Assembly: GCA_016748015.1 (NCBI GenBank)
Contig: JAAOMT010000468.1
Span: forward strand, 62,001 to 126,000
Length of the DNA stretch: 64,000 nt
Direction of reading: 5' to 3'
From: Geosiphon pyriformis uo1
Lineage: Eukaryota; Fungi; Glomeromycota
Under the pieces are notes generated by a model that was not told the origin of the DNA, did no database searches, and saw only the letters and a program-made list of their open reading frames with translations. Of the stretch, positions 11,690-23,944 are shown one piece after another. A program made the translations under genes and the position numbers. Position 1 is the stretch's first letter. Every line of letters starts with the position of its first letter.

Positions 11690-14600
11690 TTATTGAATGA
11701 ATTCTCTCTGAGTGCTCACTTATTTTTTTTGGAATGCTCTTTGGAGCTCTTATTGAATCAGGTATTTGACATTGTTTATAAGCTTAACAGTGTGAAATTG
11801 GTGCTCTTGGCTGTTTTTCCTCTTTCTTATGGTTTTGTTAACTTATTGGTTGTTAAATTGGATGCTGATTTTGATATGGTTTTAGATAGTTTAAAAGTAA
11901 TATCTTTACCTCTCTCTCTGGTTACTGTCAATGCTTCAGTTTTGGGTTTAAGTAATTCAAAAATTTTAACTACCAAAGTAGGCAGTTTGGAGTCAAAGTT
12001 GGTAACTCTCAAGACCTTTGTTAATTTAGTTTTAGCAAAGTTAAATTAATTGTGTGCTGACTCAGTTTTTTTTGCAAACACTTCTTCTCAATAAGTAAAT
12101 TGGTCTGGAAAATAGCTACATGCAATATTTAGGATATCAATGTCTCTGCTAAGCAAAAAAACATTGTTTGTTGGCATAAGAATTCAAAGAATATAGTTTC
12201 AATTATTATGGAAACAAAGTTGAGGTCTAGTATTAAGTTATGAATTATGAATAAGTTTGATGAGATAAGAGTCTTTTTATTTGGTTTAGACAAGAGTTTT
12301 TTTGGTGCTAAAATAGTGATTATTATGAACAATTTTCTGACTTGTTATGTGTATAAGATTGAAGAAGTTTTTGGTTGGATTATTTCAGTGCAGTTTCTCT
12401 TTAAAAGCAAGCTTTTGGTTGTGATTTTGGATTTGTATGCTGGTGTTTTTGCTAAGACTAAGTTTGGTCAGACTTTAGAGGTTAACTTCTTTATTGCTAA
12501 AGCTGTTAACTCCAGCACTTTTGTGGTTCTGAGTGGAGATTTCAATAAAGATAGATCTAAGAAAAATGCAAATTTCAAGTTTTGCTCAGGTCTGGGCTTG
12601 GTCAATTTATTTAGTGGACATCTACTGGTTAAAGCTTCTACTTAGAGCAATTTAAAGGGTATTGAGAAAATTATTGATTATGTTTTTGTGAGTAAAAGTC
12701 TGTTATTTACAATGGCTGGTCATAAAGTTAATTTTGTTTATGATTTTTTTAATACAGATTACAAGACCATTTTGGTTTCAGTTGGTTTGGGTGATCTTCT
12801 AAATGCTTATTTTAATAGTAATTATAAGCAGACTAATAGGGATAAATAGAAGTTTTGAATCAAAAATGCTGATTTTAATAAGTAGTCACATTTTAAAAAG
12901 TGTTTATTAAACAGATTCTTGAAAAAGTTGGATGAATTTAATAATGTAAAAAATAATAAAGATTTAGATACTATGTGAGAGATTCTTAAGGAGATGGTGA
13001 TAAGCTTTGCTAATAAAGTGTTTTCTAAATTCTGGTTTAGTGAGTTTAAATGTTTAAGAAATAAGCAATCATTAAAGTTTTTTAAGCTGAAGTTGTTAAT
13101 AGTTAAGATAGTAAAATATTTGAGTTCATATTAGGAGTTAAAAGCTAATTACCTTATTAGTATTTGGTTTACTATTAATGATAAGAAAGCTTTTAAAATG
13201 CACATTATGTTTAATAATAGTAAAAGCATAAAAAAAATTCTACATTATTTGTTAAGAGTCAAAAAAAATTACTATAGATCCAAGTATTATAAGTCTAAGA
13301 TTATTAAAAATATTTCTATTAAAAAGATAATAAACAAGCACATAAAAAACTTTTGTTCTAATAAAGGATGTATAATCAAGATTGTTTTAGAATAACTATT
13401 TCAATAAGTAGTATTTAATCATTTGATAGTAAATAATGATCTGATCTTAATACTTAGTAAGATTAAGTCTATAATTAACATTACTATAGAAAAGTAAATA
13501 ATGTTATCCAAATAGAAAAACCAATCCAAAGTTATGGGAAAAATATGACCAAAAACATGACAATATAAAATAACACAGAATAATACAAAAGAACACAGAA
13601 TAATGCATAATAACTTAGAATAATATAATACAAAACTTGATAATGTATTATAGTACAAAATAATTAATTAAAACATAAGATAACTAGTAATAACATAAAA
13701 AAATGAAGCAATAACAGAAATAGCAAAGCAATAACTAGCAAGAATAAAACAATTAAAAAGCAATTTTGTAAAACAAAAGAAGATATAAAAATAAGTAGTT
13801 GTAAAAGTTAGAAAGACAGATAGACAAGAATCAATTTTTTTTTTCCTTATAAACATTATATCTTACAAAAATAAAGAAAACTCAAAATTATTAATATATG
13901 ATTATTAATCATCTTGTGCTTAAATCAAATTAATTATTGTTTTATACTTTTATTCCAGAATAGATGCTCTTAGCATAAACATCTTAAATTCTTAATGACT
14001 TGAACCAATTGCTTTTGATTACAGCAATTAATGATACTAATTTTCTTTGAATTTTATTTTTTCTTTTATTTTCTTTCTTTTTTTTTTATTTTATTTTCTT
14101 GTGAAGTGACAACATAAAAAAATTGACTGTCTAGAAATAGACTTTATAATAATCTGGTAAAAGAGAGAAGTTTTTCTTAAGTTTGGATATTAATATTATT
14201 TTGTTAGCTTACCAGAAAGACAAAAAAATACCATCAGATTTTAGTAACTGTATTTGACTAGCTTGGAAAAGAAAGCTCATATTGATAAGTGGTCACACCA
14301 AAAAAATTCTAACTCTGTGTCTTATAACCAAAGAACTCTACAGGTAAATTCATAACAATTACAAAAATTTTAAGAGATTAATAAACCAGATACAATAAAC
14401 AAATTTATAAAAAAAACTTTCAAAGCTCCCTTAAACTCAAAAATCAGAGCACCAAACATTACTACCATATTACCAAGTTTATTTGTAACAACAAAAAAGC
14501 ATTTAGTCTCCAATTCTCTACCTACTCAATAGTCTAATCAATATATTTCTTTGAACTATATTAATAATAGTGTATTTTCAAATATTATGTGTAATATCAA

Positions 14601-17600
14601 GTCTGATAAGTTTTTCCAGATGGTTAAAAGATTGCTTAATAAGAAAGCTGTTGACCTTTTTGGTATTTCTAATAAACTTTGGAAGCATAGAAATATACAG
14701 GTTTTGGACAGTTTGTTAAATATTTTTAATATATGCTTAGTGTTAGATATAATGCCCACATAGTAAAAGCAAGTCTGGGTTTCTATAATACCAAAGTCAT
14801 ATAACTAAAAAAGAACTCTTACCAATACCAGGTCTATAGTATTGATTAAGACAGCTTGGAAGATATTGTCTAAAATCTTATTAAACAGAATATTTCTGGT
14901 CTGCAGTAAATTTAATGTCTTGTGTGCTAATAATTTTTTGGTTCTAAAGAGTATGCTTACTTAAATTCTAACTTTTCCTATTGGTTTAATAATTAAGAAT
15001 GTATTGAAAAAAGACAGAGATCTATAATTGGTTCTTCAAGACATGTAAAAAGCTTATAACTCAGTTGAATGATTTTATTTGCAAAACAGCTTAGCTAAGA
15101 TCAAAATGTGTCTTTATTTTATAGATTTTTTTAAAAATATATATAATGATCAGACCAATCAGATAATGATAAACTTTGGACTCACTAGTAGGTACACTGT
15201 TCATAATAGTTTGGATTAAGAGAATGTATTTTTATCATTGCTGTAGAGAATTTTTTATGATTCTTTGCTTTGTGAAATCAAAAGGCATAAATAATTGTGT
15301 GGTTACAAATTAAGTTCAAAATTTTTCACAAAAACTAGTAAAATTAATTCTAAGGGTGACAAAACTTTCTTTTTTACAGCTGGTATCTTTGTTAACAACA
15401 CTATTTGAATTAAAAATTGCATAACAGCTACACAATATATTTTGGACATTACAAGTAAGTTTTTTTTGATTAATAATATCTCAATTAATACAAACAAAAT
15501 AGTTGCTATTTTTATTAACCAAAAAGCCAAAGAAACTTTGTTGTCTATTAGTGGTTTTAGTATCTTCATAGCCAAAAGATACAAGTTTTATCAATATTTG
15601 GGAATTTTTCTCTTAACAGATGGCCTGTTTAAGTCAAGCTTAGCCAAAACTTATTTAGATGTCAGGTTCTTTTTAAATATGGTTTTGAGAAAAACTATTA
15701 CTGAGAAACAGTTTTTGTATTTAGTTTTTGCTATTTTGCACCCCATAATTGGCTATAGACTGCAGTTTAGTTGTGTTTCAAAAAGTGTGTACAAGAAGTA
15801 AGACAAAATAATAAGAAAAAAATTGAAGCTTAAGGCCAATCTGCCCAAAAATTTTCCAAATAAAGCTTTATATTATTTTGAATTGTATGGTTTGAGAACT
15901 TTTGAGCAAATGCTAACTAAAAATTTGTTGACTGGTTTGGTTAATTTTGTCAATACTAACAAAATTCTTAGCAATTTATTCAAACACAAAGCCATAAAAC
16001 TACAAGCTGCTAGCTAGATGCTCCAGCACTCTCTTCAAGTTTTGGTCAAGTTGCTAATTAATCCAATAAATTGTTTTTTGGCTGGTGCAATGTATGCTCT
16101 TAATTTGTGTAACTTTTCTTTAGGTGGTAATTTGTCTAATGTTCTTTAGACTGAAAATAAAATTGCAATTCTGAATGTGCTAGGCTCAGACTATTATTGA
16201 ATATGACAAAGTTTCTTAAAAAGTACAATATTATGTTTGTGAACCAGCTTCTGGACCATAACAATATGTGTTTTATATGAAACACTTTTTGCAAGTAAAA
16301 AAAGCTAAACCCTAGAAATCTGGTTCCTGTTTGGTCTGTTTCTCTGGTCAAATTTATTGATAAAGATGGTTTGTTATGTGGTAGGTTGTTGTTTTTTTAT
16401 TTTATTTCTGTTAATTTTTCTTGTAATTTTGGCTATATTTATGAATGTTTGCTAAATTTTGGACTGAATTCTGTGAATATTTATATGAATGGCTTTGTCA
16501 AAAATTTGGGATTAGTAAGTATTTGTAGTAATACTGCTGTCTATTTTTCAAATGTGGACACTAGTATTAAGATTAAGATAAATAGGTTGCTATCTTTGAC
16601 TTTAATGGAACTGCAGATTATTATTCTTACTTTAAAATGTGTGTTCATCTCTAAGTTAGTTATTTTATTTACAAACAGTTAAGCTTTATTAAACATGTGC
16701 TGCTCCAACAGTAATGTGTTTGGTCCTAATTTTTACAATAAATACTGGATCAAAAAAAAACATATTCATTGGATTATTTCAAAAAAAAAGTTTGTTAGTT
16801 ACATAAAAAAAGATCAAAAGTTATTCTGACAATGTTGGAAACAAGTATGCTGATTTTTATGCTAATTGTGCAGTTACTTTTAAGTCTTTTCTGTCTTTTG
16901 TAATGCTGTATCATTTTCTCAATATTAAAAGCAGGCCTGTTTCTAAGAATGCTTGTTATTTTGTTAAAAAATTATTCAATATGATTAATTTCATTGGGTG
17001 AAAAGCCAGATGTGTTGGCAGCAGCATAAATGTAAGTTTCTGTGGTGGTTTTGATATGGCTAGAACTTTTAGTGTTTGGTATCTTGATAGCAAGATCTGA
17101 TTTGGCTATACCAGTTCAGCATTGGCAACATTTTAATCATATTTTATGAAAACATTGTATTATTGTTTGCCAATGACTAAAAGAAAAAAAATGTATAATT
17201 CAAGATATTTGAGCATTGCTTATATCTAATGTAAAATGCTAAAAGACTTTGATCACATGTTTTTTTATATTTATAACAGCAGTGTCAGAGAAAAATTATT
17301 GTTTAATGCTACTCTGGAATGAAATGTATTATTAAGTGTTTTTACTAAAAAGAATATAGTTGTTCAGTCTTTAAATAAGACTATTTTATCTATTGATTTA
17401 TATATAGCACTGGCTAAGAGATTTGTGTTGAAAAGTTGAGTGACTAATACAGTATGCTATTTGGGCACTGATTTTGGAGGTGGTATAATGATTGTTAAAT
17501 TGATTTATTGTTTTGTTGAAGGTCACAGATCTGCCATTTGGTTATTTACAGCCAAGTTGAAATTCTATTATAAGAAGCACAATTTTTTGCTATGTAATAA

Positions 17601-17902
17601 ATCTTCTATTCTTTTGGTGTCTGGTTTGTCATTCTTGTGATCTCTTAGAATAATTTGCAGTTTTGGTGTTAGATTGGGTATCTATGTTTGCTTTGAATTG
17701 CATTTTTGTTTGTTTAAGTTGAATTTTGGTTTTTTAAATAGTATTCCTATGATAAATAGCTTAAGTGTATAGTGCTGCTTTGATTGGTCTAAATGATTGG
17801 TCACATATAAGAAAAACATGAGCTATATTTAATTTAGGATCTGATTTGATTTTATATACTTAAATAGTAATTGGACTGTACTTATTAAATAAATAAATAA
17901 AA
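11690..17902 (+). mobile_element. LINE copy 3, 5'-truncated in ORF1, heavily decayed, interrupted by a solo LTR
   Basis: ORF1 end LECSLELL..KVGSLESK. ORF2 from about 12091 (ATCNI, SGDFN, RT and RNase H remnants). Tail after about 17772. Confidence 0.88.
13502..14490. mobile_element. Solo LTR inserted in LINE copy 3 ORF2
   Basis: TGTTA...GTAACA termini. Flanks ATAA/ACAA (4-bp TSD with one C>T). The LINE reading resumes (..TKKH). Confidence 0.8.
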
Positions 17903-18282
17903 ATTATTATAATAATTACAGTAATTATTAATTTAAAAAAAAATAAAAATCCAAGATTAAAAACATTTATATTTAACAAATTAAAAATTAAAAATTTTTA
18001 TTTTTTAATTAATTTCTAATATTATGCTAATAATTTAAAAAATACTTCAATATTTTATAAAAACTTAAATAAATTTATTAATTTAAGAACTAAAATCTTT
18101 TTTTATATTTAAAAAATAAGTAATATTAATTTAACTAGTAATATTATTTTATTTATTATTATTATTGTTAAAGATTAAATCTTAATTATAATTTTTTTTA
18201 ATTTTAAATAAAAACAAATTAAATAAATTATTATATAATAAAGCTGTTTTAAATTTAGAAAAACCAATTATTGCTATATCTA

Positions 18283-18745
18283 TTTTTTTTTAATTAAAAA
18301 TTTATTAAATAAAGCTCAACTATTATCTAGTATATAGAATCAGACTAAGTGGCTCAAACTAAATACAACTTATATACTTACTATATGTAATTAACTATTT
18401 AGGCCAGACAAGACAACACTATACACTTATACTAATACTTACATTACAATCTAGACCAGAAAAAAAAAAGCACAGCTTATAATAACCAAAACTAACAGCA
18501 AAAAACTCAAATAATATTAAGCATTTTAACTATATTATCTAATAATATTAATGCTAAACTATATAACAAACCTAACACCACACCACTATCTCTAATCAAG
18601 CCAGCTTTTTCCATCTCAATCTTAAACTTAAACTTTGCCAGTCAAGTCCTAAAACAATATAATTTTACCAAATATCTCACAAAATCAACAACAACAGAAG
18701 TGGCTTCTTTCTTATCATCAATAATTCTAATAGTTTTTGTACAAC
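18283..18745 (-). mobile_element. 5'-truncated LINE fragment (ORF2 C-terminus plus tail)
   Basis: Reverse complement of the tail and of the ..EMEKAGLIRDSG.. C-terminal region also seen in copy 5. Confidence 0.8.
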
Positions 18746-19096
18746 TATATATATTAATAACCAATTTATTAAATTTATTTTAAATATCAATTTAATAAGT
18801 ATTATTATTAAAAAACTTATAACTTAATTAAGTTATTAAATTAATTATATTGTAAATGCTTATATTATTATTATTAATAAAATTATAAAAATACTTATAA
18901 ATAAAATTAATAATATTTTTTTAAAATTAATAATAATAATATTTTATTAATGTTTTAGTTATAAAAATTATATAATATTAAGTATTTATTAATAATAACT
19001 AATTATTTAAAACTTATATTACATTAAATTAAAATAAATATTATGTAAAAATATTAATCATTTATAATTATTTTAAGACAATTATTATTTAAAACC

Positions 19097-21296
19097 AAGA
19101 TAAGTAGTTCTTATATTTGGTATTGACAGTTCTTTATCCTATAGTTAGTTATAGAACACAGTTCAGCTTTGTTCCTATTGGTATATGCAACAAGTGAGAT
19201 GCTTTGATTCATAAGAGCTTGAAGTTCAAATCCGGCCTACCTCTCAATTTTTCTAGTGATACTATTTATCACTCTTCTTTTTATGGTTTGAAGTCTTTTG
19301 TTTAAGTTCAGTTTAAAAGCAAGGTGGCCTCCCTCATTAGTTTTGTGAACTCTGATGGCATCCTGAGTTGTTTGTTCTTTCACAGGTCTTATAACTTGCA
19401 AGTTCTGTGCTGGTGTCTTGTTTATCTATTGAGTTCTTCTGTGCGTATTCGTGTCAGTGCTTCTAATAACTTTCTGGCAGGCATAATTCATGTTCTTCTT
19501 GATTGCAATTTGTCCCTGGATGGCTCTTTGGCCAATTTCTTTTAGTTTCGTGGTGGAATCCCTATGTTTGTTGTTCTGAATGAGTCATAGTTTCTTAGGT
19601 TTTTTTCTTCTCTCCAACAGTATGGTATTGTTTTTGTGAATCAACTTTATAATCATCATGGTTCTGTCTTTAATTGGTACACTTTTAAGTATTGGAGGAG
19701 ATTGAATCTCCATGGCCTTGTTCCTAAATGGTTCAAGCTTTCTGTTGCATTTTTAAATGGTAAAAATCTATTTTTCACTTGCTCCTCAGTTTTGGATAGT
19801 GTTGGTTCTTTAAACATTCTTGAATCTCATGATTTTGTTTCTGTTTGTGATTGTCTCTCACAAGTTGATGACAGTTTGTTGGTATATATGGATGGGTCTC
19901 TTAGTAATCTGAGCTCAGTTGGCTGTAGAACTGGCACTGCTGTCTTTTTCGAGAACATTGATTTGGATTTGGGTGTTGGTGTATCAGGTTAGATGTTGTC
20001 CACTTTGGTGGAGTTGCAGGCTATTGCACTGGCTCTGAAGAGTGTTTCTCCTCTGTATTCTGTTAATTTGTTTTCAAATAGTCAATCTGCTCTGGATGCT
20101 TGTAAGTCAGAATTGGGTCTGGCATGTCCTGACTTTCGTAATCAGTGTTGGGTCAAACATTATTATATTGCCAATGTTATTTACAGTAAGAATTTAAAAG
20201 TCAGCTGACATAAGGTTAAAAGCCACTCTGGTGTTTCAGAAAATGAACACACTGACATGATTGTTGGTGTCACTTTTCTTTTTAATTGGTATTTTCTTCT
20301 TCACTTGGGTGAACACTTCATAATGGTTGATGGTGGTGTGGTTTCTGGCAATTCTAGACATTTTGTCTATGATATTTATTATTCAGTTTGTTGTACATAC
20401 TGGGAGGTTGGTTCTGGTTTCAGATTTTTGGTGGGTGGTTTGCTTTCTGAGGTTGACTGGCTCTGTTCATCTTTGGTTTGGCACCCTGACTTGCACATGA
20501 CTGCTGGTTTTACCAGTAGACCCTTGGTTAATGTACACACTTATTTCATAAAGGCTTTGCACTATTGGCTGTCAATTGCTATTCAGAAGCATCTTTATAA
20601 TAGATTATATCCTAGTGTGTTATGCTTATATTGTGATGATGTGAAAGTTTCAGATCATGTGTTTTCTTGTAAGATTGATGATTCTATTTGACATCAGTTG
20701 TTGGAATTCCATGTGGACTTCTAAAATGCAGTTTCTGGTTTCTCTTATTCTTCTTTGAACATACTTTAATTATTGTTTTCGTGTTTTTCTAACTCTTTCT
20801 TGTCTATGACATTCTATAAGGGTTTTATTTTTAATGATTAGTTTTATAAGGCAATTACCATTTTTCATAATCCCAAGATTGCTGGTTTGGAGATTGTTAA
20901 ATTTGTGCACTCTCTTAGTCTTGCTTTTAAAAGTGATGTCTGGTTGGTTTGTGCCAAACATCATGCTTACATGAAGAAAAATGAGTTGATTCTCCTTGAT
21001 GGTTCAATTCTCATCTCAGTTTCTGGTTTGGCTTTAGGGTTGTCAGCTGAGGTAGTCAAATTGTTTGGCATTGCCAATGCTTTTGGTATTCGTTTTGGCT
21101 TTTGCAAATCTTGTTTATTTTTTTCTGATGTAAGTGACTCAGTTTCAGTTCATATAGTGGCATAGTGTTGTTCTAATTGGCCCGAATGGCTGGTCACGTG
21201 TAAAAAATGCATGATTCATGCCTAGTTTAGATTATTTCTTTGATGTATAGCATTAGGTAGTGTTTGGACCTTACTCATTAAGTTAATAAAAAAAAA
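19097..21296 (+). mobile_element. LINE copy 4, 5'-truncated (post-RT region, RNase H, CCHC, tail, poly(A))
   Basis: VYMDGS; KVKSHSGVSENE; CLYC..SDHVFSC; stop at 21165; conserved tail. Confidence 0.9.
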
Positions 21297-21888
21297 CCAA
21301 CTGTTTATTAAGTTTAAAATATTTAAAAAAAACCCAATAATTAAAACTTATCAAGTTTTATAAATTAAAAATAGTTAAATATAATTGATAATATTATTTA
21401 TTGGAAAAAAAAAGAAAAAACAACTAAACTTATAAGATACTTATTTTTAAATTGAATAATTATAATTTTACAAATAACCAAAAACTTAAATATAGAAAAA
21501 AGCTGTCTTTTATAAGAATATATTGCATATTAAATAAAAAATAGTGAAAAAATATTTAATTTTATTGTAAAATATGTTATATAAAAATATTTAATTTATT
21601 AAAAAACAAAAAAATAGAATAAAATTTTATAAAAAAAAGCTCTGTTTAATAATTACATATAAAACAATATATAATAAATGATATTAGTATATAATTCTAA
21701 TTTATAATTAAATACAAAAAGACATACTATTTAAGGCTGTTTACAACTGTTTTTATTCAAATAGAAAAACTGACCAATCATAAAAAAATTGTGATAAAAC
21801 ACAATAATATGAAATAACATAAAACAACATAATATATCAAGCTATTAAAAGTCATTTTGTAGCAAATAAATTATCTTTTTCCCTTTAG

Positions 21889-22488
21889 GTTCTTTACAAT
21901 CAAGATGGAAGTGTGCGTGGTATTGCCACAACTGATATGGGGCTAGACAAAAATTTTAAAACCAAAAGAAAATTATGAAAGAGGAATGGAATTTCATGCA
22001 AAAGTTACTCTCTTTGCGGAAGGTTGTCATGGCTCGCTTACTAAAACTCTGATACGTAAGTTCAATCTCCGTCATGGCAAACAACCTCAAACCTATGGTA
22101 TCGGTATAAAAGAAGTTTGGGAGATTGATCCTTCCAAACACGTTCCTGGCCTGGTGCTTCATACGATTGGGTGGCCCCTAGATTACAAGACCTATGGCGG
22201 CTCTTTCCTATATACTATGGAAAACAACATTTTAGTGACTGGTTTTGTGGTTGCTCTAGATTATCAAAATCCATATTTGAATCCCTACAAAGAGTTTCAG
22301 GTTTAGATGTGTATAAGAGACAGGTATACGAGTTTGTTGATGATGAAGTTAATCCTGGTCAAAAAAGATTACAAATTAATTCACAAAATTGTGTACATTG
22401 CAAGACCTGCGATATCAAGGATGTATCTCAGAACATTTATTGGGTCACACCAGAAGGTGGACATGGGCCGCGATATGTTATTACATGA
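21889..22488 (+). CDS. ETFDH: Electron transfer flavoprotein-ubiquinone oxidoreductase (ETF-QO / CIR2), partial: internal exon 21889-22300 and terminal piece 22324-22488
   Basis: [57 protein letters not shown]. 4Fe-4S end [32 protein letters not shown] acceptor at 21887-8 and GT at 22301. A +1 frameshift near 21958-61. Confidence 0.95.
22305..22323 (+). other. Nextera/Tn5 mosaic-end adapter (assembly artefact)
   Basis: Exact 19-mer AGATGTGTATAAGAGACAG at the junction between two non-adjacent parts of the gene. Confidence 0.97.
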
Positions 22489-22926
22489 GCTCTGAAGCCT
22501 CATTAATGAAAAAAGATTATACTTGAAATATTTTGAGTAGATAATGGCATACAAACCAATCTATCCTCATTTAGGCAGTGAGATATCTTCGTTTTACCAT
22601 TAATATAATGGAGCTAATAACGGTTGAGGGTTTGATCTCAATAAGAATAGAGGCGATTGATACTGTGCAGCAGTTGGAAGGTCTTAAACTTTGGACGAAC
22701 TTAACCAATGAACCAGTTATAGCAGGTCCATTATCTCAATAATTAATGGAAAATGAATTACTTGTTGGGATAGCAGAAATGAAGGGTTTTATCCAATGTA
22801 TTCAAATAAATAATCTTTCTTAGCCTGCTAAATTAAAAATAATAAAGGTCTTGACTGTTTAGTTCTATAAAATCAAGCCAAAGCAAACAAGCAACAAAGT
22901 TAATTGGAAAATTTGCTTGAGCTTTA

Positions 22927-23449
22927 TTAGTTAAAATGGACTAAAGGATCTTCAAGAGTGCGGATCGAGCCGGGAGTATTTCCTATGTTGTAGAAATCGA
23001 TGGGCTTATTAGGTTGGTGATATTTGTGAGCTCTAGTAATTGATGCAAAGATTGCCGTTTGTTAATCAAGTATGCCCTCAACGAAACCTTACACTTAACA
23101 AGAAAAAAACTTCAATTTTGCCAAAATGATTTTTTATAATTGATTACCTAGCATGAACGTATTTTCCCTCAGCAACCTGGATTTTACCAAAGTAATGCCA
23201 GCCATAATCAGCTTCTTCACGTGCAAAAAGCACTAAGTTGTACGCCTTAATCCGGGGTATACCGTCGATTTCATACTATTTGATAAAATGGAGAAAATTC
23301 AGTCAGAAACTAAACGGTCGAAGAGAGACTAATAGAAATCTTACAACTATATCATCATGACGCAATTCCTTGAGTCTGTTTATAACATCTTGTTTGACGG
23401 CGTCAAACACGTCAATCGCATCCTGGTTTGGTGCGCGAGGTGTATCCAT
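22927..23449 (-). CDS. Stefin/cystatin-like protein, 112 aa, 3 exons (23449-23345, 23275-23148, 23032-22927)
   Basis: GT-AG introns join in frame to give MDTPRAPNQDAIDVFDAVKQDVINRLKELRHDDIV|YEIDGIPRIKAYNLVLFAREEADYGWHYFGKIQVAEGKYVHAR|AHKYHQPNKPIDFYNIGNTPGSIRTLEDPLVHFN*. This resembles the stefin pattern GxxYxxKV..G..YxHxR..DxLxxF. Confidence 0.8.
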
Positions 23450-23722
23450 TGCTTTTCATTAAAAATTTCAAAATGAGGTTTGGTGAATAAAAAAGCAACA
23501 TATTGTCTATTGTAGGTAATAAAGCGAGACTCTATTCCTGTTGCTTGTTGAAATTTGAAATGAGAACCTAAAAAAAATACAAACTGTGGAATTGAGCGTC
23601 TGTAATTTCGTTATTTACGGTGGTGATAATTGAATCCCGTTCATATAATATGTAGGGTTTCTTAACCACGACAAATGAAACAGATCCGACCACCGCATAT
23701 ACAAACATTGTTCAGTTCTAAA

Positions 23723-23832
23723 AACCGGTTCTGGGACATGAAAAATGACGTATTATCATCGATTTTAATAGATAATTAATTTTATTAGAACACAAATTAT
23801 TTGATCTTTGATCATGTCAAGGAACCGGTTCC
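23723..23832. promoter_or_regulatory. Two AACCGGTT palindromes 100 bp apart, upstream of the cystatin-like gene
   Basis: Sites at 23723-30 and 23823-30. The second extends to the 12-bp palindrome GGAACCGGTTCC. Confidence 0.35.
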
Positions 23833-23896
23833 AGGGCCATATTTACGCACTTAGAGAGAATATGTATTTAAAAAATAAAATAAATATTGTTTTACA

Positions 23897-23944
23897 GTAA
23901 ATGTACTTTTACATGTGACTAGCCACCAAGCCAATCAAAACAAT
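23897..23944 (-). mobile_element. Relic of the LINE 3'-tail core
   Basis: Reverse complement attgttttgattggcttggtggctagtcacatgtaaaagtac matches the tail consensus. Confidence 0.6.

Noticed and set aside
17903-19096. AT-rich tracts as organellar insertions or MITEs
   Set aside because: No recognisable genes, TIRs or TSDs apart from the LINE fragment.
22305-22323. Real Tn5/IS50 insertion or horizontal transfer
   Set aside because: It is the synthetic mosaic end, present once, with no transposase or 9-bp TSD.
22608-22742. Short ORF MELITVEG.. between the convergent genes
   Set aside because: About 44 codons with no recognisable motif. Probably 3' UTR or intergenic.
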